The notes beneath the pieces were generated by a model. That model saw nothing but the letters and a program-made list of their open reading frames with translations, was not told where the DNA came from and ran no database searches. Made by a program: the position numbers and the translations under genes. This document shows, one piece after another, positions 27,691-42,636 of a stretch of DNA of 64,000 nucleotides (positions within the stretch are counted from its first letter, which is position 1; each line of letters begins with the position of its first letter). Source of the DNA: Anthoceros angustus (Eukaryota > Plantae > Anthocerotophyta); contig MU008159.1 of NCBI GenBank assembly GCA_010909165.1, positions 496,001 to 560,000 on the forward strand, written 5' to 3'.

Positions 27691-29346
27691 CCGCGTGACC
27701 GGTCTTGCACCGCTCGAGCTCGAGTATGCTCACATTGACGATGCACTTCATCCTTCCACCGCTCCGAACGACAATAGAATCTACCACCGCATATTTCAAA
27801 GCCCCTTGCACTCACGATCGGAAAAAGTGGGCTCGAACTCATCTTGCGGTTGCTCGCTCGATCGCCATATCGAAGATGATGATTTGCAAGTTGGTTTCAA
27901 AGACATGGTAGCGACATGGTACCACGTGATTCCAAAGCGGTCGGTGTGACGATCGATGTTTGGAATTTGAGGAGCATGGAGTGAATGCCTTTATCATGTA
28001 AAAAAATGTTCGTTCTCATTTCTCTCTGCGATGATCGGCTCACCAACGTTAACGTTAACGTTAACGTGAGCGTTCGTTGGTGTGATGTTGCCGTGCAAAT
28101 GCGCGGAAGGAAAGAAATGATGTTCGACGCTACTCTTTAGTGAAAGCTTAATTTAATATTTAATTGTAGCTAGCCCGCTACACAAGGCGATTCGCGCGGT
28201 TTGAAGCATAGACCAATGTTGCGGACGGAAGGATGCAAAGCAGTTTGAGAGGAGTCTCTCAAAGCGAAAACAAGCTAACGACTAGGCATGTTCGTTGTTC
28301 TAATTATTTATCCTTGTTGTTGCTTCCGGTGGCGAAATCCAGCCAAGGATCCAGCAGAAACACTGGTGCTCACAAATTGCGTGTACGGGTAGGAGGAAGC
28401 CACCTCAAACCGCAGCGCTTGTCGATTTTCTCACCAACGTGTCCAAATTCGCAGAGGCTCGTCGGTTTGCCCATGGAACCCAAAACCGCCAAGCCCAATC
28501 GCCAATCATCGTCGTCCTCAAGAATTTGCGGTTGGTACCTATGTCTTCTTTATCGCCGAATTTATCCCTTCACGGGATTCGTAAGATTTCCCTCGTTTTG
28601 TTGGTCCTTACCGTATCCTCCGTTGAATTGGCCCTGGCCTATGAGCTTGCCCTTCCTCCCGAATCTCGCATTCACCCCGCCTTCCGAACACGAACCATGT
28701 TTTGATCCTCCGCATCCATCCTTGTCTCACACCCTTCCACCGCTCGAGCTCGAGTATGCTCACATTGACCTGATGCACTTCATCCTTCCACTGCTTCCGA
28801 ACGACAATAGAATCTACCAGCCTGCCCAGGCATATTTCAAAGCCCCTTGCACTCACGATCGGAAAAAGTGGGCTCGGAACTCATCTTGCAGGTTGCTCTG
28901 CTCGATCGCCATATCGAAGATGATGATTTGCAAGTTGGTTTCAAAAGACATGGTACGCGACATGGTACCACGTGATTCCAGACTGGTCAGTGTGACGATC
29001 GATGTTTGGAATTTGAGGAGCATGGAGTGAATGCCTTTTATCATGTAAAAAAATGTTCGTTCTCATTTCTCTCTGCGATGATCGGCTCACCAACGTTAAC
29101 GTTAACGTGAGCGTTCGTTGGTGTGATGTTGCCGCTGCAAATGCGCGGAAGGAAAGAAATGATGTTCGACGCTACTCTTTAGTGAAAGCTTAATTTAATA
29201 TTTAATTGTAGCTAGCCCTACACAAGGCGGTCGACAGTTTGAAGCATAGACCAATGTTGCAGCCGATGGAAGGATGCAAACAGTTTGAGAGGAGTCTCTC
29301 AAACTGAAAACAGCTAACAACTAGGCATGTTCGTTGTTCTAATTAT

Positions 29347-30570
29347 TTATCCTTGCTGTTGCTTCCAGCTGGCGAAATCCAGCCAAGGATCCAGGCAGGA
29401 AACACTGGTGCTCACAAATTGCGTGTACGGGTAGGAGGGAAGCCACCTCCAAGCCGCAGGCGTTTGTCGCATATCGACACCCACCACCTTGCCCTCGTTA
29501 TCAGGCATGAGATATGCCGTCCGGCCCGACTCTCATATGAAAAGACATATGGTCGTCCGAACGGCTGGCGGGCGGTCGGTGAAGATGGAAGCGGGCATGG
29601 TGGCCATCACCGTCAGGACATGCTCGCAAAATCTAGCTCCCACACGCACTTCAAACATGGGCGATCACAGAATCGCTGCCACCCTATGGCCACGCATGAG
29701 CGGTCTCGCATGTTGAAGTGTCCCTTGCATTTAAGAACTTGGAATCTGCACTAGGCTTGCGCAGAATCATATAGCTCCAAGCGGCCCGCTTGAGACGATG
29801 CGATTGCGACTGCGACATCCTCATGAGGCACGTGAGCACGCTGCCCACAAACACTCCGTACCCCATATCGAACAAGGCGTCGCGAACAAGCACGTCCATG
29901 GCACTGGTTGTCTCACTCCACCTCCAAAGCGGAGTCGAAGGCGAAGGTCGACAGTTTGTCCATGTTCTCCACACCGCTACCCCACCGACTCCTGGATTCA
30001 CCGCCACCAGCTTGAGGGAGCGCGCTTTGGCGTCCACCCACACGCCCGCACATGATGGAGCCGCAAGTCACCCGGGAGAGCCGGGTCCAGAGCGCACTGC
30101 CGGGTTGCCCAAGTGCGGGATGGCCATCCGCCCGCCACGACTCTCATATGAAAAGACATGAGCAAGCCGCATGCCGCTACTTGGGAGCTCAAAACCCACG
30201 TCCGTGGCCGCTTCCGGTGGCGGCGTCGGCGGGACTGGTCCGACCGCGGCTTGGGTGGCATCCACGGCGAGTCGGAGCTTGTACCAGCGGTTGGAGGCGG
30301 TCGTGACGCACGAGGCTTTGCCGGCGTGGGTTGTAAAGCCCGCCACGAAAAGCATCCAATCCGTTCTCCGCTCGCAATTCCACCGCTCCTTCAACAACAA
30401 GGCGACAACACGGCCTTGTTCAACTCTCTGCACACCGTGCGCAATCGCAGCAGCTCGGCACCGGCACCTTTGCGGGATCGTCATCACAATGTCGTGAGGC
30501 GGTCACTCCATTCATCTCCACCCTCCTCGGCATCCATCCTTGTCTCACACCCTTCCACCTCCGCATCCAT
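29347..30570 (-). pseudogene. F-box protein copy 5 (frameshifted)
   Basis: Near-identical to the reference copy. Confidence 0.65.
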
Positions 30571-31639
30571 CCCACACCGCAATTGCTACAACCTACAACG
30601 GAATACGGATGATGTCGAACCTCCGATAGCTACCCACTCCGACCACGGGATATAGAGCTCTAGGCCTTGAAAAGCTAGCTCGAGGCGTAAACTCAAGGGA
30701 AGAAGCAAGTGAGTCGATGATTATTTTGGTGTGTGGGATCGCATATATAGCCTTTACAAATTTGGGCTTGGCATTCTCGGTGTTCTTCAACTCACCTCCA
30801 AACTACGTCACAGGATATAGAGCTCTAGGCCTTGCAAAGCTAGCTCAAGGGGAAGCAAGTGAGTCGATAATAATTTTGGTGTGTGGGATCGCACATATAT
30901 AGCCTTTAAAATTTGGTCTTGGTAGATTCTCGGTGTTCTTCAACTCACCTCAAACTACGTCACATGATATAGAGCTAAGACATGCAAAGCTAGTTCGAGG
31001 AGAAGCTTAAGGAAGAAGAAGCAAGTGAGTCTAGATTCTCGTAAGATTCTAGTGGACACCAGACTTTCCAATAGCATGTTGCGGCGGAACCTACATACAT
31101 ATGTATATATGCGATTTTGGCATCTTCTCTCGTTGGATATGAGTGCAAAGTGCACATGGGAAAGCAGGCATTGTATATATATGTGGAGGAGATGGACAAG
31201 CCTCGAGGCGTACCATAGCATACGATATCCTTCATTGGATGTGAATGCAAAGCGCACATGGGAGAAAAATAATTGGTTTTATTAAAGAAAGAGAATAGAT
31301 TGGGGTCAGCCATCTATGAAAGGACATCAAAGGAAGATCGCAAGGATTGCTATAGATAGGAGCAATCCACAAGCTCAAGTGGGATGAAGAGGTGGCTTGC
31401 ATGCATTGCCCTATGCTTAGTGACCTTGAAAGCCATCCGTTAGCTATTGCTAACCATGTTTCATTAACACTAATCAATACTTAATTAATGTAAGCGCTTT
31501 AGATTAATTAATACTAATTACTTAAAGACAAGTCATTAGATTAATTAATGCTAATCAAACACTAAACCCAAGTGCAGAGTAGTGTCACACGGTATGACAT
31601 CCCTTAAGTTCCCCATATTTGCGGGCTTTGATTTGAAGC

Positions 31640-32595
31640 CCACGATGTTCCATCTGGTCATAAATCTTACTACTACCACTCTCAATCGGCTCTATTTTTG
31701 GCCTCACTCAATCAGACGTCCGAGATTATGTCCTCCTTTGCAACTTATGCCAATGCAACAAAGCTTGTCACCAACGCCTTGCCGGCTGCTCCAACCCTTG
31801 CCTCCTTTATCGCCAGGAGCAAGTCACACTTGACTTCATAACCGGATTGCCTCGCAATGCTCGGCTTTGATGCGTTCTGGTCTTCACGAATAAGCTTACT
31901 CATCAAGTGCTCCTTGCCTCCACTCGAGACATGCTCTCGAACAAAGCGACTTATTCGGAAAGTGGTTTATCGTGCCCATGGCCTCCCTCGCTCTCTTGTG
32001 AGCGATCATGATTCAGTTTACGTCCGCTTCGGCAAGCGGTTCACGTGGTCTTGGCACCAAGCCCAATCGCCAATCATCGCCTTTTATCCTCGAGACGGAT
32101 GGTGCTACGGGCGAGCTAATCAAGTTTTAGAGGATATACTCCGTGCTTATGCGGTGTGCACCAAACTCGGTGGCTGGACTTTCTCCACCTCGTTGAGTTT
32201 GCCTACAACAATGCCCCTAACGCCTCAACCCGAGTTACTCCATTCTTGTTCAACAAAGGTTTTCACCCCGCGTTGCTTTCGCTTCCTTGCCTTCTGCTTG
32301 TGTCCTGCTTGTCGATTTTCTCACCCAACGTGTCCAAATTCTGCAGAGGCTCGTCGGTTTGCCCATGGAACCCAAACCGCCAAGCCCAATCGCCAATCAT
32401 CGTCGTCGTCCTCAAGAATTTGCGGTTGGTACCTATGTCTTCTTTGCTAATTTATCCTTCACGGGATTCGTAAGATTTCCCTCGTTTTGTTGGTCCTTAC
32501 CGTATCCTCCGTTGCATTGGCCTGTGGCCTATGAGCTTGCCCTTCCTCCCGAATCTCGCATTCACCCCGCCTTCCGAACACGAACCATGTTTTGA
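31640..32595 (+). mobile_element. Ty3/gypsy integrase fragment (array copy)
   Basis: Same motifs as the other copies. Confidence 0.7.
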
Positions 32596-33222
32596 TCCCG
32601 CATGACCGGTCTTGCACGGCTCGAGCTCGAGTATGCTCACATTGACCGATGCACTTCATCCTTCCACCGCTCGAACGACAATAGAATCTACCACCGCCGG
32701 GCATATTTCAAAGCCCCTTGCACTCACGATCGGAAAAAGTGGGCTCGAACTCATCTTGCGGTTGCTCGCTCGATCGCCATATCGAAGATGATGATTTGCA
32801 AGTTGGTTTCAAAGACATGGTAGCGACATGGTACCACGTGATTCCAAAGCGGAGTCGAAGGCGGTCGTGACGATCGATGTTTGGAATTTGAGGAGCATGG
32901 AGTGAATGCCTTTTATCATGTAAAAAATGTTCGTTCTCATTTCTCTCGCGATGATCACCACCAACGTTAACGTTAACGTGAGCGTTCGTTGGTGTGATGT
33001 TGCCTGCAAATGCGCGGAAGGAAAGAAATGATGTTCGACTGCTACTCTTTAGTGAAAGCTTAATTTAATATTTAATTGTAGCTAGCCCGGCGCTACACAA
33101 GGCGATTGCGACGGTTTGAAGCATAGACCAATGTTGCGTGACGGAAGGATGCAAACAGTTTGAGAGGAGTCTCTCAAACTGAAAACAAGCTAACGACTAG
33201 GCATGTTCGTTGTTCTAATTAT

Positions 33223-34549
33223 TTATCCTTGTTGTTGCTTCCGGTGGCGAAATCCAGCCAAGGATCCAGCAGAAACACTGGTGCTCACAAATGCGTGTAC
33301 GGGTAGGAGGAAGCCACCTCAAACCGCAGCGTTTGTCGCATATCGACACCCACCACCTTGCCCTCGTTATCGTGCATGAGATATACTTCGTCCGCCCGCC
33401 ACGACTCTCATATGAAAAGACATATGGTCGTCCGAACGGCTGGCGGGCGGTCGGTGAAGATGGAAGCGGGCATGGTGGCCATCACCGTGACATGCTCGCA
33501 AAATCTAGCTCCCACACCGCACTTCAAACATGGGCGGGCGATCCGAATCGCCACCCTATGGCCACGCACGCGGTCTCGCATGTTGAAGTGTCCCTTGCAT
33601 TTAAGAACTTGGAATCTCGCACTAGGCTTGCAGAATCATATAGCTCCAATCGCCAATCATCGTCGTCCTCAAGAATTTGCGGTTGCTCGCTCGATCGCCA
33701 TATCGAAGATGATGATTTGCAAGTTGGTTTCAAAGACATCCTCATGAGGCACGTGAGCACGCTGCCCACAAACACTCCGTACCCCATATCGAACAAGGCG
33801 TCGCGAACAAGCACGTCCATGGCACTGGTTGTCTCACTCCACCTCCAAAGCGCGGAGTCGAAGACGAAGGTCGACACAGGTTTGTCCATGTTCTCCATAC
33901 CGCTACCCCACCGACTCCCTGGATTCACCGCCACCAGCTTGAGGGAGCGCGCTTTGGCGTCCACCCACACGCCCCGCACATGATGGAGCCGCAAGTCACC
34001 CGGGAGAGCCGGCGGTCGAGCGCACCACCGGGTTGCCCAAGTGCGGGATGGCCATCCGCCCGCCACGACTCTCATATGAAAAGACATATGGTCGTCCGAG
34101 CGGCTGGCGGACATGAGCAAGCCGCCGCATGCCGCTACTTGGGGGAGCTCCAAAACCCACGTCCGTGGCCGCCTGTTCCGGGCTGGCGACGTCGACGGGA
34201 CCTGGTCCGACCGCGGCTTGGGTGGCATCCACGACGAGAGTCGGAGCTTGTACCAGCGGTTGGAGGCAGGGTCGTAGACGCACGAGGCTTTGCCAGCGTA
34301 GGTTGTAAAGCCTGCCACGAAAAGCATCCAATCCCGTTCTCCCGCTCGCAATTCCACCCGCTCCTTCAACAACAAGGGCGACAACACGGCCTTGTTCAAC
34401 TCTCTGCACACCGTGCGCAATCGCAGCAGGCTCGGCACCGGCACCTTTGCCAGGATCGTCATCACAATGTCGTGAGGCAGGTCACTCCATTCATCTCCAC
34501 CCTCCTCGGCATCCATCCTTGTCTCACACCCTTCCACCTCCGCATCCAT
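33223..34549 (-). CDS. Intronless F-box protein with a kelch/FBA-like C-terminal region (copy 6, best-preserved N-terminus; consensus ~400 aa)
   Basis: F-box motif EWSDLPHDIVMTILAKVPVPSLLRLRTVCRELN, then VYDPASNRWYKL and VAACGGLL. The downstream part has local chimeric inserts and frameshifts. Confidence 0.75.
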
Positions 34550-35619
34550 CCCACACCCTGCAATTGCTACAACCTACTACGGAATACGGATGATGTCGAA
34601 CCTCCGATAGCTACCCACTCCGACCACAGGATATAGAGCTCTAGGCCTTGAAAAGCTAGCTCGAGGCAGAAGCTCAAGGGAAGAAGCAAGTGAGTCTGAT
34701 GATTATTTTGGTGTGTGGGATCGCACATATATAGCCTTTTACAAATTTGGGCTTGGCGATTCTCGGTGTTCTTCAACTCACCTCCAAACTACGTCACGGG
34801 ATATAGAGCTCTAGGCCTTGCAAAGCTAGCTCAAGGGACGAAGCAAGTGAGTCGATAATAATTTTGGTGTGTGGGATCGCATATATAGCCTTTAAAATTT
34901 GGTCTTGGTAGATTCTCGGTGTTCTTCAACTCACCTCCAAACTACGTCACATGATATAGAGCTAAGACATGCAAAGCTAGTTCGAGGAGAAGCTTAAGGA
35001 AGAAGAAGCAAGTGAGTCTAGATTCTCGTAAGATTCTAGTGGACACCAGCTTTCCAATAGCATGTTGCGGCGGAACCTACATACATATGTATATATGCGA
35101 TTTTGGCATCTTCTACGTTGGATATGAGTGCAAAGTGCACATGGGAAAGCAGGCATTGTATATATATGTGGAGGAGATGGACAAGCCTCGAGCGTACCAT
35201 AGCATACGATATCCTTCATTGGATGTGAATGCAAAGCGCACATGGGAGAAAAATAATTGGTTTTATTAAAGAAAGAGAATAGATTGGGGTCACCATCTAT
35301 GAAAGGACATCAAAGGAAGATCGCAAGGATTGCTATAGATAGGAGCAATCCACAAGCTCAAGTGGGATGAAGAGGTGGCTTGCATGCATTGCCCTATGCT
35401 TAGTGACCTTGAAAGCCATCCGTTAGCTATTGCTAACCATGTTTCATTAACACTAATCAATACTTAATTAATGTAGCGCTTTAGATTAATTAATACTAAT
35501 TACTTAAAGACAAGTCATTAGATTAATTAATGCTAATCAAACACTAAACCCAAGTGCAGAGTAGTGTCACACGGTATGACATCCCTTAAGTTCCCCATAT
35601 TTGCGGGCTTTGATTTGAA

Positions 35620-36575
35620 GCCCACGATGTTCCATCTACAGTCATAAATCTTACTACTACCACTCTCAATCGGCTCTATTTTTGGCCTCACTCAATCAGA
35701 CGTCCGAGATTATGTCCTCCTTTGCAACTTATGCCAATGCAACAAAGCTTGTCACCAACGCCTTGCCGGCTGCTCCAACCCTTGCCTCCACCTCCAAACT
35801 ACGCCACAGGAGCAAGTCACACTTGACTTCATAACCGGATTGCCTCGCAATGCTCGGCTTTGATGCGTTGCTGGTCTTCACGAATAAGCTTACTCATCAA
35901 GTGCTCCTTGCCTCCACTCGAGACATGCTCTCGAACAAAGCTGACTTATTCGGAAAGTGGTTTATCGTGCCCATGGCCTCCCTCGCTCTCTTGTGAGCGA
36001 TCATGATTCAGTTTACGTCCCGCTCGCAAGCGGTTCACGTGGTCTTGGCACCAAGCTCATGTCTCGCCTTTTATCCTCGACGGATGGTGCTACGGGCGAG
36101 CTAATCAAGTTTTAGAGGATATACTCCGTGCTTATGCAGTGTGCACCAAACTCGGTGGCTGGACTTTCTCCACCTCGTTGAGTTTGCCTACAACAATGCC
36201 CCTAACGCCTCAACCCGAGTTACTCCATTCTTGTTCAACAAAGGTTTTCACCCCGCGTTGCTTTCGCTTCCTTGCCTTCTGCTTGTGTCCTGCTTGTCGA
36301 TTTTCTCACCAACGTGTCCAAATTCGCAGAGGCTCGTCGGTTTGCCCATGGAACCCAAAACCAAGCCCAATCGCCAATCATCGTCGTCGTCCTCAAGAAT
36401 TTGCGTTGGTACCTATGTCTTCTTCGCCGAATTTATCCCTTCACGGGATTCGTAAGATTTCCTCGTTTTGTTGGTCCTTACCGTATCCTCCGTTGCATTG
36501 GCCCTGGCCTATGAGCTTGCCCTTCCTCCCGAATCTCGCATTCACCCCGCCTTCCGAACACGAACCATGTTTTGA
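35620..36575 (+). mobile_element. Ty3/gypsy integrase fragment (array copy)
   Basis: FPRFVGPYRILRCIG (GPY/F); VEFAYNN. Confidence 0.7.
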
Positions 36576-39500
36576 TCCCGCAATTCCACCCGCTCCTTCA
36601 ACAACAATGCCCCTAACGCCTCGAGCTCGAGTATGCTCACATTGACGATGCACTTCATCCTTCCACCGCTCGAACGACAATAGAATCTACCACCGCCGGG
36701 CATATTTCAAAGCCCCTTGCACTCACGATCGGAAAAAGTGGGCTCGAACTCATCTTGCGGTTGCTCGCTCGATCGCCATATCGAAGATGATGATTTGCAA
36801 GTTGGTTTCAAAGACATGGTAGCGACATGGTACCACGTGATTCCAAAGTCGGTGACGATCGATGTTTGGAATTTGAGGAGCATGGAGTGAATGCCTTTTA
36901 TCATGTAAAAAATGTTCGTTCTCATTTCTCTGCGATGATCGGCTCACCAACGTTAACGTTAACGTTAACGTGAGCGTTCGTTGGTGTGATGTTGCCGTGC
37001 AAATGCGCGGAAGGAAAGAAATGATGTTCGCGGCTGCTCTTTAGTGAAAGCTTAATTAATATTTAATTGTAGCTAGCCACTACAAGCGAACGGATAGTTT
37101 GAAGCATAGACCAATGTTGCGGACGGAAGGATGCAAAGCAGTTTGAGAGGAGTCTCTCAAAGCGAAAACAAGCTAACTAGGCATGTTCGTTGTTCTAATT
37201 ATTTATCCTTCTTGTTGCTTCCGGTGGCGAAATCCAGCCAAGGATCCAGCAGAAACAATGGTGCTCACAAATTGCGTGTACGGGTAGGAGGAAGCCACCT
37301 CCAAACCGCAGCGCTTGTCGATTTTCTCACCCAACGTGTCCAAATTCGCAGAGGCTCGTCGGTTTGCCCATGGAACCCAAAACCAAGCCCAATCGCCAAT
37401 CATCGTCGTCGTCCTCAAGAATTTGCGTTGGTACCTATGTCTTCTTCCTAATTTATCCCTTCACGGGATTCGTAAGATTTCCTCGTTTTGTTGGTCCTTA
37501 CCGTATCCTCCGTTGCATTGGCCTGTGGCCTATGAGCTTGCCCTTCCTCCCGAATCTCGCATTCACCTGCCTTCCGAACACGAACCATGTTTTGATCACC
37601 ACTCCGACCACGGGATATAGAGCTCTAGGCCTTGAAAAGCTAGCTCGAGTATGCTCACATTGACGATGCACTTCATCCTTCCACCGCTCGAACGACAATA
37701 GAATCTACCACCGCCGGGCATATTTCAAAGCCCCTTGCACTCACGATCGGAAAAAGTGGGCTCGGAACTCATCTTGCGGTTGCTCGCTCGATCGCCATAT
37801 CGAAGATGATGATTTGCAAGTTGGTTTCAAAGACATGGTAGCGACATGGTACCACGTGATTCCAAAGCCGTGTGACGATCGATGTTTGGAATTTGAGGAG
37901 CATGGAGTGAATGCCTTTTATCATGTAAAAAAAAATGTTTCGTTCTCATTTCTCTCGCGATGATCAGCTCACCAACGTTAACGTTAACGTTAACGTGAAT
38001 GTTCGTTGGTGTGATGTTGCCTGCAAATGCGCGGAAGGAAAGAAATGATGTTCGACGCTGCTCTTTAGTGAAAGCTTAATTTAATATTTAATTGTAGCTA
38101 GCCCGCTACACAAGGCGGTGTTGCGAGAGTTTGAAGCATAGACCAATGTTGCGACGGAAGGATGCAAAGCAGTTTGAGAGGAGTCTCTCAAAGCGAAAAC
38201 AAGCTGACTAGGCATGTTCGTTGTTCTAATTATTTATCCTTGTTGTTGCTTCCGGTGGCGAAATCCAAGGATCCAGCAGAAACAATGGTGCTCACAAAGC
38301 TGCGTGTACGGGTAGGAGGAAGCCACCTCCAAACCGCAGCGTTTGTCGCATATCGACACCCACCACCTTGCCCTCGTTATCGTGCATGAGATATACTTTC
38401 CGGCCCGCCACGACTCTCATATGAAAAGACATATGGTCGTCCGAACGGCTGGCGGGCGGTCGGTGAAGATGGAAGCGGGCATGGTGGCCATCCGTTAGCT
38501 ATTGCTAACCATGTTTCATTAACACTAATCAATACTTAATTAATGTAAGCGCTTTAGATTAATTAATACTAATTACTTAAAGACAAGTCATTAGATTAAT
38601 TAATGCTAATCAAACACTAAACCCAAGTGTAGAGTAGTGTCACGGTATGACATCCCTTAAGTTCCCCATATTTGCGGGCTTTGATTTAAGCCCACGATGT
38701 TCCATCTACAGTCATAAATCTTACTACTACCACTCTCAATCGGCTCTATTTTTGGCCTCACCAATCAGACGTCCGAGATTATGTCCTCCTTTGCAACTTA
38801 TGCCAATGCAACAAAGCTTGTCACCAACGCCTTGCCTCCACCTCCGCATCCATCCTTGTCTCACACCCTTCCACCGCTCGAGCTCGAGTATGCTCACATT
38901 GACGATGCACTTCATCCTTCCACCTCGTTGAGTTTGCCTACAACAATGCCCCTAACGCCTCAACCCGAGTTACTCCATTCATCTCCACCTCCAAAGCGGT
39001 CGGTCTTCACGAATAAGCTTACTCATCAAGTGCTCCTTGCCTCCATCGAGACATGCTCTCGAACAAAACGACTTATTGTGAAAGTGGTTTATCGTGCCCA
39101 TGGCCTCCCTCGCTCTCTTGTGAGCGATCATGATTCCAGTTTACGCCCCGCTCGCAAGCGGTTCACGTGGTCTTGGCACCAAGCTCTCATCGCCTTTTAT
39201 CCTCGACGGATGGTGCTACGGAGCGAGCTAATCAAGTTTTAGAGGATATACTCCGTGCTTATGTGTGCACCAAACTCGGTGGCTGGACTTTCTCCACCTC
39301 GTTGAGTTTGCCTACAACAATGCCCCTAACGCCTCAACCCGAGTTACTCCATTCTTGTTCAACAAAGGTTTTCACCCCGCGTTGCTTTCGCTTCCTTGCC
39401 TTCCGCTTGTGTCCTCGCCGCTTGTCGATTTTCTCACCCAACGTGTCCAAATTCGCAGAGGCTCGTCGGTTTGCCCATGGAACCCAAAACCAAGCCCAAT

Positions 39501-40329
39501 CGCCAATCATCGTCGTCGTCCTCAAGAATTTGCGTTGGTACCTATGTCTTCTTCGCCGAATTTATCCCTTCACGGGATTCGTAAGATTTCCTCGTTTTGT
39601 TGGTCCTTACCGTATCCTCCGTTGCATTGGCCTGTGGCCTATGAGCTTGCCCTTCCTCCCGAATCTCGCATTCACCCCGCCTTCCGAACACGAACCATGT
39701 TTTGATCCCTTCACGGGATATAGAGCTCTAGGCCTTGAAAAGCTAGCTCGAGTATGCTCACATTGACCGATGCACTTCATCCTTCCACCGCTCGAACGAC
39801 AATAGAATCTACCACCGCCGGGCATATTTCAAAGCCCCTTGCACTCACGATCGGAAAAAGTGGGCTCGAACTCATCTTGCGGTTGCTCGCTCGATCGCCA
39901 TATCGAAGATGATGATTTGCAAGTTGGTTTCAAAGACATGGTAGCGACATGGTACCACGTGATTCCAGGCCGCCGACGATCGATGTTTGGAATTTGAGGA
40001 GCATGGAGTGAATGCCTTTTATCATGTAAAAAATGTTTCGTTCTCATTTCTCTCGCGATGATCGGCTCACCAACGTTAACGTTAACGTGAGCGTTCGTTG
40101 GTGTGATGTTGCCTGCAAATGCGCGGAAGGAAAGAAATGATGTTCGACGCGGCTACTCTTTAGTGAAAGCTTAATTTAATATTTAATTGTAGCTAGCCCG
40201 GCTACACAAGGCGATTGTTGCGAGTTTGAAGCATAGACCAATGTTGCGACGGAAGGATGCAAAGCAGTTTGAGAGGAGTCTCTCAAATCGAAAACAAGCT
40301 AAACTAGGCATGTTCGTTGTTCTAATTAT

Positions 40330-41575
40330 TTATCCTTGTTGTTGCTTCCGGTGGCGAAATCCAAGGATCCAGCAGAAACAATGGTGCTCACAAAGCTGCG
40401 TGTACGGGTAGGAGGAAGCCACCTCCAAACCGCAGCGTTTGTCGCATATCGACACCCACCACCTTGCCCTCGTTATCGGGCATGAGATATACTTTCCGGC
40501 CCGCCACGACTCTCATATGAAAAGACATATGGTCGTCCGAACGGCTGGCGGGCGTCGGTGAAGATGGAAGCGGGCATGGTGGCCATCACCGTCCGTGACA
40601 TGCTCGCAAAATCTAGCTCCCACACCGCACTTCAAACATGGGCGGGCGATCCGAATCGCCACCCTATGGCCACGCACAGCGGTCTCGCATGTTGAAGTGT
40701 CCCTTGCATTTAAGAACTTGGAATCCGCACTAGGCTTGCGCGAATCATATAGCTCCAATCGCCAATCATCGCCTTTTATCCTCGACGGATGGTGCTCACA
40801 AAGCTGCGACATCCTCATGAGGCACGTGAGCACGCTGCCCACAAACACTCCGTACCCCATATCGAACAAGGCGTCGCGAACAAGCACGTCCATGGCACTG
40901 GTTGTCTCACTCCACCTCCAAAGCGCGAGTCGAGGCGAAGGTCGACAGTTTGTCCATGTTCTCCACACCGCTACCCCACCGACTCCTGGATTCACCGCCA
41001 CCGGCTTGAGGGAGCGCGCTTTGGCGTCCACCCACACGCCCGCACATGATGGAGCCGCAAGTCACCCGGGAGAGCCGGCGGCCGGTCGAGCGCACCGGGT
41101 TGCCCAAGTGCGGGATGGCCATCCGCCCGCCACGACTCTCATATGAAAAGACATGGTGACATGAGCAAGCCGCCGCATGCCGCTACTTGGGAGCTCCAAA
41201 ACCCACGTCGTGGCCGCTTCCGGTGGCGGCGTCGGCGGGACTGGTCCGACCGCGGCTTGGTGGCATCCACGACGAGTCGGAGCTTGTACCAGCGGTTGGA
41301 GGCGGTCGTGGGCGCACGAGGCTTTGCCGTAGGTTGTAAAGCCCGCCACGAAAAGCATCCAATCCGTTCTCCCGCCGCAATTCCACCCGCTCCTTCAACA
41401 ACAAGGGCGACAACACGGCCTTGTTCAACTCTCTCGCACACCGTGCGCAATCGCAGCAGCTCGGCACCGCACCTTTGCCGGATCGTCATCACAATGTCGT
41501 GAGGCGGTCACTCCATTCATCTCCACCCTCCTCGGCATCCATCCTTGTCTCACACCCTTCCACCTCCGCATCCAT
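40330..41575 (-). pseudogene. F-box protein copy 7 (frameshifted)
   Basis: Near-identical to the reference copy. Confidence 0.65.
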
Positions 41576-42636
41576 CCCACACCGCAATTGCTACAACCTA
41601 CAACGGAATACGGATGATGTCGAACCTCCGATAGCTACCACTCCGACCACGGGATATAGAGCTCTAGGCCTTGAAAAGCTAGTTCGAGGGAGAAGCTTAA
41701 GGAAGAAGCAAGTGAGTCGATGATTATTTTGGTGTGTGGGATCGCACATATATAGCCTTTACAAATTTGGGCTTGGCGATTCTCGGTGTTCTTCAACTCA
41801 CCTCCAAACTACGTCACGGGATATAGAGCTCTAGGCCTTGCAAAGCTAGCTCAAGGGAAGCAAGTGAGTCGATAATAATTTTGGTGTGTGGGATCGCACA
41901 TATATAGCCTTTAAAATTTGGTCTTGGTAGATTCTCGGTGTTCTTCAACTCACCTCCAAACTACGTCACATGATATAGAGCTAAGACATGCAAAGCTAGT
42001 TCGAGGGAGAAGCTTAAGGAAGAAGAAGCAAGTGAGTCTAGATTCTCGTAAGATTCTAGTGGACACCAGCTTTCCAATAGCATGTTGCGGAACCTACATA
42101 CATATGTATATATGCGATTTTGGCATCTTCTCTCGTTGGATATGAGTGCAAAGTGCACATGGGAAAGCAGGCATTGTATATATATGTGGAGGAGATGGAC
42201 AAGCCTCGAGGCGTACCATAGCATACGATATCCTTCATTGGATGTGAATGCAAAGCGCACATGGGAGAAAAATAATTGGTTTTATTAAAGAAAGAGAATA
42301 GATTGGGGTCACCATCTATGAAAGGACATCAAAGGAAGATCGCAAGGATTGCTATAGATAGGAGCAATCCACTGTCAAGTGGGATGAAGAGGTGGCTTGC
42401 ATGCATTGCCCTATGCTTAGTGACCTTGAAAGCCATCCGTTAGCTATTGCTAACCATGTTTCATTAACACTAATCAATACTTAATTAATGTAAGCGCTTT
42501 AGATTAATTAATACTAATTACTTAAAGACAAGTCATTAGATTAATTAATGCTAATCAAACACTAAACCCAAGTGCGAGTAGTGTCACAGTATGACATCCC
42601 TTAAGTTCCCCATATTTGCGGGCTTTGATTTGAAGC

